Source: Aestuariivirga sp. (GTDB taxonomy: Bacteria; Pseudomonadota; Alphaproteobacteria; Rhizobiales; Aestuariivirgaceae). Taken from it: a stretch of DNA of 47,900 bases. The stretch is from NCBI GenBank assembly GCA_043779145.1, contig JAYWEV010000241.1:1-47900 (forward strand). Reading direction: 5' to 3'. Below, piece after piece: positions 40,610-47,900 of this stretch. Both the position numbers and the translations under genes were made by a program. The notes beneath the pieces are model-generated. The model saw nothing but the letters and a program-made list of their open reading frames with translations. It had not been told where the DNA came from and did no database searches. The stretch's first letter is position 1. The number at the start of each line of letters is the position of its first letter.

Positions 40610-41872
40610 ATGGCAGGGAAAGGAATGGCGACAGAATCTCCCTCGACTAACGCGTTTCATTATCCGGCTTATGTGAGTTATTTTATCAGCCGCGTGGGGC
40701 ACAGTTTTGCGTTGCAGATCGTTTCAACGGCGATTGGCTGGCAAGTTTATGCCATTACGCATCAGGCGATTTATTTGGCCTATGTGGGGCTTGCGGTGTT
40801 TCTTCCGGTTTTGCTGTTGGTTTTGCCGTCTGGCTATGTGGCGGATCATTATGATCGGCGGATGGTTTCGGCTTGTTGTTTTGCGCTTGAAGCTCTGGCC
40901 GCCTTTGGGTTGGTGATGTTTTCGTTGAGCACGCAGACGCAAGTTTGGCCAGTGTTTATGTATCTATCATTGCTTGGCGTTGCATCGGCTTTTGGCAATC
41001 CGGCGGCTTCAGCGATTGTGCCTAATCTCTTGTCGAAAGAAGCGCTGCCGCACGGCATTTCGCTCAATTCAATTGCGTGGCAAACGTCTTCTATCACCGG
41101 GCCGGTGATTGGCGGGTTGCTCTATGGCTTTGGGCCGGTCGTGCCTTATGCGGTTTCAGTGTTGCTGTTAGGCGGCGGCGTGATTGCGTTGTTTCTCATG
41201 GGGCAGATGGATCAGCATAAAAATGAGCAGAGCGAAGGTGGGTTGAAAACGATGCTGGCGGGATTTTCTTTCATCTGGAGCGAGCCGATTGTTTTAGGTG
41301 CTATTTCACTGGATTTGTTTGCTGTATTGCTGGGGGGCGCTGTGGCTCTGATGCCGATTTATGCCGCAGATATTTTACATCTAGATTCGGTGGGACTTGG
41401 ACTGCTGCGGGCTGCGCCCGGTGTTGGAGCTATTGCGGTTGGCGCATGGCTTTCAAAAATTGGCATTAAAGATCATGCGGGCAAGTTTCTGTTCGTTTCA
41501 GTGGCGCTTTCAGGCTTAGTGGTTGTGGTGTTCGGTTTTTCACTTTTACCATGGCTCTCAATCTTGGCGTTGATGCTTTATGGCGCGTTTGACATGATTA
41601 GCGTTTATGTGCGTGAGGTGTTGATGCAGCTGTGGATCCCTGATGCGGTGAGGGGCAGGGTGAATGCGGTGAACAACGTGTTCATCGGTGCTTCAAACCA
41701 ATTGGGCGAAGCACGCGCCGGATTTGTGGCGGCGTTTCTTGGCGCTGTTCCCGCTGTGGTAATCGGCGGCTTTGGAACGATCATTGTGGCGGGGGCGTGG
41801 AGTTATATGTTCCCAAAGCTGCGCGATGCGCGGAAGCTAGTTGGAAAACAATCGAGTCTAAACAGTACTTAA
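40610..41872 (+). CDS. MFS transporter (DHA3/EntS-like)
   Basis: About 12 TM; G.VADHYDRR; LDLFAVLLGGA.ALMP; RGRVNAVN. Confidence 0.9.
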   Translation: MAGKGMATESPSTNAFHYPAYVSYFISRVGHSFALQIVSTAIGWQVYAITHQAIYLAYVGLAVFLPVLLLVLPSGYVADHYDRRMVSACCFALEALAAFGLVMFSLSTQTQVWPVFMYLSLLGVASAFGNPAASAIVPNLLSKEALPHGISLNSIAWQTSSITGPVIGGLLYGFGPVVPYAVSVLLLGGGVIALFLMGQMDQHKNEQSEGGLKTMLAGFSFIWSEPIVLGAISLDLFAVLLGGAVALMPIYAADILHLDSVGLGLLRAAPGVGAIAVGAWLSKIGIKDHAGKFLFVSVALSGLVVVVFGFSLLPWLSILALMLYGAFDMISVYVREVLMQLWIPDAVRGRVNAVNNVFIGASNQLGEARAGFVAAFLGAVPAVVIGGFGTIIVAGAWSYMFPKLRDARKLVGKQSSLNST

Positions 41873-42676
41873 GCGCGGGCGGTTGATCCATTTTGTGAGG
41901 CCAAAGCCAATGGCTAATGCCGCAATATAAACGAGGAGTTGGAGCAAAGTTGGTTGGTCGCTATAGCCAATCAACGTGTGCAGGATGCGGCCCGGAATGC
42001 CCGATTCTGATAAGTATTTTGAACTGTCCCAAACGGTGTTTTGCAGTACTTCAACAAGGCCTGCTTTTTCGAGGAACGACACAGATTGAGCCGCCATGCC
42101 CGCAGCCAGAAATGTGATGAGCCAGCTGGTGACGGTGAAGAAATAACGATTTGGAATTTTCAACAAGCCACGGAAGGTGAGAAACGAAACAGCTCCGCCG
42201 ATTACTAAGCCCAGTGCACCACCCAGCGCCATACCGCCTGCCGTTTCGCGACCGCCGATGGCCACACCATAGAGAAACAAAACAACTTCTGAGCCTTCCC
42301 GCAGCACTGCAGTGCCCACAATAATGGCAAGTGCTGTTAATGGTTTTTGTCCTTCGCGCACGGCGATGCCAGCCTGCTTCAATTCACCTGCCATAGCGCG
42401 GCCGTTCAAAGCCATCCAGATGTTATGCCAAGTTAGCATGCATACAGCGACCGCTAGGATAGATGCGTTAAATACTTCTTGGCCAAAGCCATTAAACAGT
42501 GAGGCGAGGCTGCCTGTGAAAGCCGCCAAAATGCAACTGCCAATTATGCCGGCCAGAACGCCACCCATGATCCACACGCGGCTGCCCATTACCGTCTGAG
42601 TTGCCGCCATAACGATACCGATGATGAGGCCAGCCTCAATCACTTCGCGAAAAACAATTATCAACGCACCGATCAT
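41858..42676 (-). CDS. FTR1-family iron permease (FtrC/EfeU-like)
   Basis: Two RExxE motifs (REVIE, REGSE); LIGY..QP. Confidence 0.92.
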   Translation of the reverse strand: MIGALIIVFREVIEAGLIIGIVMAATQTVMGSRVWIMGGVLAGIIGSCILAAFTGSLASLFNGFGQEVFNASILAVAVCMLTWHNIWMALNGRAMAGELKQAGIAVREGQKPLTALAIIVGTAVLREGSEVVLFLYGVAIGGRETAGGMALGGALGLVIGGAVSFLTFRGLLKIPNRYFFTVTSWLITFLAAGMAAQSVSFLEKAGLVEVLQNTVWDSSKYLSESGIPGRILHTLIGYSDQPTLLQLLVYIAALAIGFGLTKWINRPRLSTV

Positions 42677-42685
42677 GAGATAGGC

Positions 42686-43018
42686 CTATTCCACTATTAT
42701 GTAGCCTTTGGCCACATCTTCTTGATATTCATCAACGAACAAATATTTTCCAGGTTCCATGGCTTTAACGCGCACAACAATTGAGGAGTTTCCAGCTACC
42801 GCTTTTTCGACTTTTAGTTCTTTTGCTTCGAGTTCAGCCGCAGCGGCATTGGCATTATTCAATTTGATTATGAATGGCTTGCCAGCAGGCACTTTGATTT
42901 CAGAAACTGTGAAGGCTTTATCTTTCAGAGTTGTTTCATAAGTCACAATATCTTCGGCACGCAGAGGAGACGATAAAGCGACCAAAGTTAAAGACAATGC
43001 AAGCGCACGAATAACCAT
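42686..43018 (-). CDS. Periplasmic cupredoxin-like protein (FtrB/EfeO-cup-like)
   Basis: Signal peptide; F...EIKVPAGKP, ELE..ELKVEK, PGKY.FVDEY; adjacent to FTR1. Confidence 0.85.
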   Translation of the reverse strand: MVIRALALSLTLVALSSPLRAEDIVTYETTLKDKAFTVSEIKVPAGKPFIIKLNNANAAAAELEAKELKVEKAVAGNSSIVVRVKAMEPGKYLFVDEYQEDVAKGYIIVE

Positions 43019-43184
43019 CAAGTTTACTCCATAAAATAATATCCGATAGATTTACTCGGATAAAGGTCCGGCAAGGTTTAGTCAACTAAATTTGTTATGG
43101 TGCGGCCTTTTGACGATGTGCTCAATTGACGGTTTTCGGCTTTTGATTACAAGTCATGTCGGGCGCGCGAAGGAGAATTTTGGA

Positions 43185-44252
43185 ATATTTCGTGCTGTTT
43201 TATTTTCGAGTGTATTATATTTTGGTCTTGTCACAGCTGCATTTGCGAGTGACCCCGAGGTATTGGCTGTTTTGGAGAAAGATGCGCCAGGTGCGGCCGA
43301 TGGTGTGTTGACCGACCGTTATGAAGGCTCAAACATTGTCGGGCAAACCAAAAAAGCATTTGATGAAATTTCTCTGCCAAACGCGTCAGCTGAGGGTGAA
43401 GAGTTTGATCAAGATAAGAAATTCAAATCCACTGTAACACTTCAAGGCCGCATTACGCGCACACTTTATGGCGCACCCGAGGGACGGTCTTCACTTGAAG
43501 TGTTTGGAAATTTTGTGGATGCGCTGAAAGCCAAAGGTTTTGCGTCTGCGTTTGAATGTGCAAAAGAAACCTGCGGCCCCAGTTTCAAAATGTTGAAATA
43601 CACATGGCAAAACAAAGCAACCCAAGTTGTTTCACAAGATGCTGAACAATACCGGGTCTCGCTGTCGGAGGCGATGTTTGATAGTGTCATCGACCCACGT
43701 TATGCGCTCATGAAGAAGGGTGATGCAGGTGCTGAAACTTATGTGGCAATGTTTGCCGTGCAAAACCAAGGTGGCACATTCGGCAATATATCGGAAACGT
43801 TGCTAGACCGGGTTGGTGTTTTGGTTGAGGTGATTGAGCCCAAAGCCCGCGTGCAAAAGATCGTAACATTGTCTGCTGATGATTTGGGTGCAGCAATTCA
43901 TGATGCGGGCAGGATGGCGATTTATGGTCTCTATTTTGATTTTGATAAAGCAGTGATTAAGCCTGAATCACAGCCGCAGCTTGACCAAATGATTGCCTAC
44001 TTGCAGAAAAATGCTGAACTGAAAGTCTATATTGTTGGACATACCGATAATAAGGGCACTCTCGATTATAATATGAAATTATCAGGCGACAGGGCGATTG
44101 CGGTGATTAAAGCTTTAGTGGCTGCGGGTGTCAATAAGGCCCGCATGGTGCCTAAAGCTGCGGGGCCAATTGCGCCTCTTGCCAGCAACCGCACGCCAGA
44201 GGGTCAGGCAAAGAACAGTCGCGTTGAATTGGTGGAACAATTTAGCGGGTAA
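43185..44252 (+). CDS. DUF4892/OmpA-domain periplasmic protein
   Basis: RYEGSNIV...RSSLEV..NF N-terminal domain; C-terminal OmpA domain (YFDFDKA.IK, IVGHTD, LS..RA, NSRVELV). Start uncertain (see findings). Confidence 0.85.
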   Translation: MFRAVLFSSVLYFGLVTAAFASDPEVLAVLEKDAPGAADGVLTDRYEGSNIVGQTKKAFDEISLPNASAEGEEFDQDKKFKSTVTLQGRITRTLYGAPEGRSSLEVFGNFVDALKAKGFASAFECAKETCGPSFKMLKYTWQNKATQVVSQDAEQYRVSLSEAMFDSVIDPRYALMKKGDAGAETYVAMFAVQNQGGTFGNISETLLDRVGVLVEVIEPKARVQKIVTLSADDLGAAIHDAGRMAIYGLYFDFDKAVIKPESQPQLDQMIAYLQKNAELKVYIVGHTDNKGTLDYNMKLSGDRAIAVIKALVAAGVNKARMVPKAAGPIAPLASNRTPEGQAKNSRVELVEQFSG

Positions 44253-44294
44253 TAGAGGCTTTGCAGTTTGGTCATGCTGCCGCTAATTGGGGGC

Positions 44295-45110
44295 ATGACT
44301 GCTTCCCCTAAAATAAGACTCATGAAATTTGGCCCCGCACCATCCGTCGTGTTGGTGAACCCGCAGCTGGGTGAAAACATTGGCATGGCTGCACGGGCCA
44401 TGGCCAACTTTTCGCTTTCTGATTTGCGGCTGGTTTCGCCTCGCGAGGGCATTGAGATGGAGCGGGCAGTGACGGCATCTGCTGGAGCTGTTGAAATAGT
44501 GCAATCGGCAACGGTTCATGACACGTTGGAGAATGCGCTTGCTGAATTCAACTATGTCTATGCCACCACGGCACGGCCACGCGATATGACCAAGGAAGTG
44601 ATGACGCCGGAACAGGCATCGGCTGATATGCACGCGCGTATTGACCGGGGAGAGAAAGTAGCCATTCTTTTTGGGCGCGAGCGTTGGGGGCTTTCGAATG
44701 ACGAGGTTTCCAAAGCTGATATGATTATTTCAGCACCGGTGAATCCCGATTATGCATCGCTCAACATTGCGCAGGCGGTTTTGTTGGTGGGTTATGAGTG
44801 GTACAAATCGACGGCCACTTCGCTGGGCATGGCCACGCAAGAACTGGGTGCTCATTCCGGCCCAGGCCTCAAAATGACCGGAACGCAGCCAGCCAATAAA
44901 GATCAACTCTATGGATTTTATGATCACATCGAAACCGAACTCAGTGATGCCGGATTTTTCAAGACCGAAGAAAAACGCCCGTTGGTGATGCGCAGTTTTC
45001 GAAATATGTTCGCGCGGGCATTGCTGACTGAACAAGAAGTTAAGACTTTGCGCGGCATGATCTCATCGCTCACGCGCAAGCATTTGAGAGGCCGCAAGAC
45101 TGATGAATAA
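44295..45110 (+). CDS. trmJ: TrmJ/LasT family SPOUT tRNA methyltransferase
   Basis: LVNPQLGENIGMAARAMANF, LFGRERWGL.N.E, SLNIAQAV. Confidence 0.9.
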   Translation: MTASPKIRLMKFGPAPSVVLVNPQLGENIGMAARAMANFSLSDLRLVSPREGIEMERAVTASAGAVEIVQSATVHDTLENALAEFNYVYATTARPRDMTKEVMTPEQASADMHARIDRGEKVAILFGRERWGLSNDEVSKADMIISAPVNPDYASLNIAQAVLLVGYEWYKSTATSLGMATQELGAHSGPGLKMTGTQPANKDQLYGFYDHIETELSDAGFFKTEEKRPLVMRSFRNMFARALLTEQEVKTLRGMISSLTRKHLRGRKTDE

Positions 45111-45921
45111 ACCACGTATTCTGTTGTTTGATTCGGGTATGGGTGGGCTGACGGTGGCCAGCGCCGTGGCCAAACAATTGCCGGATGCGCATTTGGTTTA
45201 TTCGGCGGATAATGCGGGCTTTCCTTACGGGGCTTGGAAAGAGCAGGATTTATCCAAGCGCATTGTGAAAGTGTTGGGCGCATTGATTGCGCGTGTGAAG
45301 CCCGATGTGGTGGTGATTGCCTGCAACACGGCATCGACCATCGCAATGAAAGAACTCCGCGAAACTTATCCTGTGCCGTTTGTTGGCACAGTGCCTGCCA
45401 TCAAGCCAGCAGCCGCACTCACCAAATCAGGCATCATCGGTGTGCTGGCAACGCCGGGAACCGTGAACCGCGAATACACACACTCACTCATCCACACTTA
45501 TGCTTTCCACTGTAAAGTGTTCCTCCACGGCGCACCGCGTTTGGCGGAAATTGCTGAGCAGAAATTGCGCGGTCATAAGGTTGATATGGATGAGCTACGC
45601 AATGAAATCATGCCGGTTTACAGAAAGCGTGATGGTGGGCGCACAGATGTGGTGGTACTGGGATGTACCCATTATCCGCTATTGGTTGATGAGATCAATG
45701 AAGTGGCGCCATGGGCCGTTACATTCATCGATCCAGCGCCAGCGATTGCACGGCGTGTGGCAGATGTGGCAGAAGAGACAAAGCTACAGCCGCACATTGC
45801 TGATGTGCCAGCCCATGGCACGGTGATATTAACGTCTGCAAGGGGTGAGGCTTCGGAGACACTGACAGCTTATGCCGCGATGGGGTTTCCGAAGCATGAG
45901 GTTTTGGAGATGGGGGTTTGA
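45103..45921 (+). CDS. murI: Glutamate racemase
   Basis: FDSGMGGLTV, IACNTAS, VLGCTHYP. Confidence 0.97.
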   Translation: MNKPRILLFDSGMGGLTVASAVAKQLPDAHLVYSADNAGFPYGAWKEQDLSKRIVKVLGALIARVKPDVVVIACNTASTIAMKELRETYPVPFVGTVPAIKPAAALTKSGIIGVLATPGTVNREYTHSLIHTYAFHCKVFLHGAPRLAEIAEQKLRGHKVDMDELRNEIMPVYRKRDGGRTDVVVLGCTHYPLLVDEINEVAPWAVTFIDPAPAIARRVADVAEETKLQPHIADVPAHGTVILTSARGEASETLTAYAAMGFPKHEVLEMGV

Positions 45922-45945
45922 ATCTCTTAGTGAGGTGGTAAAAAC

Positions 45946-46410
45946 TTAAGAAGCAGTCGCTCGATGATAATTCATTTCAACGTGATCAATATCATCTTCT
46001 TTGTAGACTTCACCTGTGTGTTTGAATCCAAGTGATTCATAAAATGATTTTAAATATACTTGAGCACCAATTGTGATTGCGGCAGGTCCATAAACTACTC
46101 TGCATTGCTCAATTGCGTTTATCATCAATTCCATTCCTGCCCCTGACCGGCGATAACTTTTTTGAACAATGACCCTTCCGATTGAAATATTTAGATAAGA
46201 GATTCCTGCGGGAACTATTCGACAATAAGCAGCAAGAAATTGATTTTTAGAAAACCCCAAATAGTGCAAAGATTTTTGGTCAATATCATCAAGATCGGGA
46301 AAGTAACATTTCTGTTCAATAACAAAAACTTCATTCCTCAATTTTAGAACAGCGTATAACTCGGCGAGGCTGAGTTGGTTAAATTCTTTCAATTTCCAAA
46401 TTAGGGACAT
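45946..46410 (-). CDS. elaA: ElaA-family GNAT acetyltransferase
   Basis: LYAVLKLR.EVFVIEQ.C, IGRV, IGAQ.YL..FY...GF, EDDIDH..M. Visibly AT-rich relative to its neighbours. Confidence 0.88.
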   Translation of the reverse strand: MSLIWKLKEFNQLSLAELYAVLKLRNEVFVIEQKCYFPDLDDIDQKSLHYLGFSKNQFLAAYCRIVPAGISYLNISIGRVIVQKSYRRSGAGMELMINAIEQCRVVYGPAAITIGAQVYLKSFYESLGFKHTGEVYKEDDIDHVEMNYHRATAS

Positions 46411-46414
46411 ATGT

Positions 46415-46726
46415 TCAAGCTGCCATAGGCTCAATAAAATCCAGCTTAGCACCCAGCTTGCGCCGCTCGATCTGCAACTCATAATCAGCTTGCAAACCTA
46501 AAAATATGCCCTCAGAAATTTTATAATAGCGGGCAAGGCGCAAATTTGTGCCAGCAGTAATTGCTCGCTTGCCCAAGACAATTTCATTGATGCGGCGAGG
46601 GGAAACGCCGATGGCTCTGGCCAATGCGTTCTGGGATTGGCCAAATGGTTTTAGAATCTCTTCCGGCAAAATTTCGTCCGGAATAGGGATCGGCAAAAGA
46701 TCGGCTTTGAGTCGCTGCTTTTTCAT
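46415..46726 (-). CDS. higA: HigA-family antitoxin (orphan, possibly decaying)
   Basis: SQNALARAIGVSPRRINEIVLGKRAITA...LRLARY...LGLQ..Y. The usual HPGEIL motif reads IPDEIL. Confidence 0.8.
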   Translation of the reverse strand: MKKQRLKADLLPIPIPDEILPEEILKPFGQSQNALARAIGVSPRRINEIVLGKRAITAGTNLRLARYYKISEGIFLGLQADYELQIERRKLGAKLDFIEPMAA

Positions 46727-46776
46727 TGCGGCATTATCCAGTCGATTGCAGGTATCGGCAAGGGAAATTGCTTGAC

Positions 46777-46878
46777 TTCCTCGCCCGCTTCTTTTGCGGG
46801 AGAGGGTGAGCCCTTGCGAACGCTGCAAAGCAGAAGGGTGGGGCCCGCGCAGCGAAGCGAAGTGGGATAGGTGAGGGG
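46777..46878 (-). repeat. REP-like element (family B)
   Basis: Minus strand CCCCTCACCTATCCCA...GGGCCCC...CTCTCCCGCAAAAGAAGCGGGCGAGG. Homologous to 47672-47750. Confidence 0.75.
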
Positions 46879-46881
46879 ACG

Positions 46882-47022
46882 AAGCTACAGCCACCCATTG
46901 ATGATGCTCCAGCCCTTTGCACGGTGATATTAACATCGGCCAGCGGCGAGGCCTCAGAAACGCTGACGGCTTATGGCGCAATGGGATTTCCCAAGCATGA
47001 GATTTTGAATTTACCAGTTTAG
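46882..47022 (+). pseudogene. Stranded second copy of the murI 3' end (46 codons plus stop)
   Basis: Ungapped alignment to 45781-45921 with 31 differences in 141 nt by hand count. Encodes KLQPPIDDAPALCTVILTSASGEASETLTAYGAMGFPKHEILNLPV*. Confidence 0.92.
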
Positions 47023-47080
47023 TTGCCAGTTTTCACCGTTTGTGTTAACCTGTGTTGAAACTGGTTCAGGATCAACTCAT

Positions 47081-47347
47081 ATGACCGATGTTACATTCTC
47101 CGTCCGTATTCCAGAGGAGACCAAAACTCTTCTCGAAGCCCTCAGCAAGAGCACCAACCGCTCAAAGAACTATCTGGCGCGGGAAGCCATCACGGCTTTT
47201 GTCCAGAGTGAATCTGAGATCATCGAAGGCATTCACCAAGGTATTGCAGATGTGCGGGCGGGGCGCACAGTGGCGCATGACGATGTTGTGAAGAAATCGC
47301 GTTCGATTATTGCTGCGGTGAAAAAGCGGAAACTAAAATCAGCATGA
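47081..47347 (+). CDS. CopG/RHH family antitoxin
   Basis: TFSVRIP...LE.LS..TNRSKNYLAREAI...I..GIADV.AGR.V.H. Confidence 0.9.
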   Translation: MTDVTFSVRIPEETKTLLEALSKSTNRSKNYLAREAITAFVQSESEIIEGIHQGIADVRAGRTVAHDDVVKKSRSIIAAVKKRKLKSA

Positions 47348-47643
47348 CGCGGCGCATCCGTTGGGGTGAGAGGGCGGCGCAAGATTATTATGAGCAATTG
47401 GAATTCATCGCCAATGATAGCCCCGCCAATGCCGAATTGGTTGATGGTAGGATTACTTCAGCGGTGGAGCAATTGGCCAAACGGCCCATCGGTCGGGCAG
47501 GGCGCGTGGCTGGAACTTATGAGAAATCCATTACGGGCACGTCGCTGATTGTCTCGTATATGTTAGAGGATGAAACTCTGCACATCGTCAGAATTATCCA
47601 CATGAAACGCCAATGGCCGAAGGGCGAATGGCCGGAAGAGTAA
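47344..47643 (+). CDS. RelE/ParE family toxin
   Basis: IRW...A..D......IA.DSP..A, GR.GRV.GT.E, IVRIIH..RQWP. ATGA overlap with the antitoxin. Confidence 0.9.
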   Translation: MTRRIRWGERAAQDYYEQLEFIANDSPANAELVDGRITSAVEQLAKRPIGRAGRVAGTYEKSITGTSLIVSYMLEDETLHIVRIIHMKRQWPKGEWPEE

Positions 47644-47671
47644 TGCGACGCTCAAGCTTGGTGCCCGAACT

Positions 47672-47750
47672 CCCTCATCTATCCCATCCCGCTTGCGACG
47701 GATGGGCCCCTACGTCTTCTCCCGATAAAGAAACGGGAGAAGACGTAGGG
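47672..47750 (+). repeat. REP-like element (family B) ending in a perfect 17-bp hairpin
   Basis: CCCTCATCTATCCCA...GGGCCCC; stem CCCTACGTCTTCTCCCG / CGGGAGAAGACGTAGGG (47708-47750). Confidence 0.75.
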
Positions 47751-47751
47751 T

Positions 47752-47780
47752 TTGACATCCCCGCCATCTTCCCCTATCAC
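47752..47780 (+). promoter_or_regulatory. Sigma70-type promoter for a gene beyond the window
   Basis: TTGACA-N17-TATCAC. Confidence 0.6.
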
Positions 47781-47900
47781 CCGCCACATCGACAGGGCTA
47801 TCGCCCTGTTTTTGCTTACCTGTGATCACTTTTGTGGTCTGTCGGCCGGGAAACTGGAAGAGGAGGGTGGGTTTCCATTAATCTTATCGGAGAACCGTAA

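Noticed and set aside
46415-46981. 188-aa extended HigA ORF
   Set aside because: The extension is antisense murI relic plus translated REP sequence.
1-47900. CRISPR array, retron/RT, IS transposase or phage genes
   Set aside because: No regularly spaced direct repeats and no RT, transposase, integrase or phage structural motifs were recognised.

Overview
Core chromosomal segment of an alphaproteobacterium, most likely Hyphomicrobiales/Rhizobiales. This is inferred from the two-piece permuted tmRNA, alpha-type SspB, cckA-recA-alaS, the GAAC-N7-GAAC LexA box and thyA-folA-hflKC-degQ. The backbone reads asmA-like, RHH, DUF4169, fumC, kup x2, mepA, sspB, ssrA, thyA...folA, hflKC, degQ, cckA, recA, alaS, icd, trmJ, murI. 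Several small integrase-free accessory patches interrupt it. (1) A putative defence gene (unknown N-terminal domain plus NDT/TIR-like domain) with yefM-yoeB. (2) A decaying islet between ssrA and sspB carrying a tandem paralog pair, an FMO/chaC deletion fusion and a frameshifted SnoaL-like gene. (3) A relic of an Ig/cadherin adhesin. (4) An output-less signalling cassette of two kinases and three receiver domains. (5) After murI, a stack of small genes (elaA, orphan higA, copG-relE) bounded by REP-like repeats and containing a second, allelic copy of the murI 3' end. The last patch suggests cargo capture by replacement of the 3' end of a core gene. No CRISPR, rRNA, tRNA, transposase or integrase was seen. 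Family calls are from motif recognition only; no database search was run.
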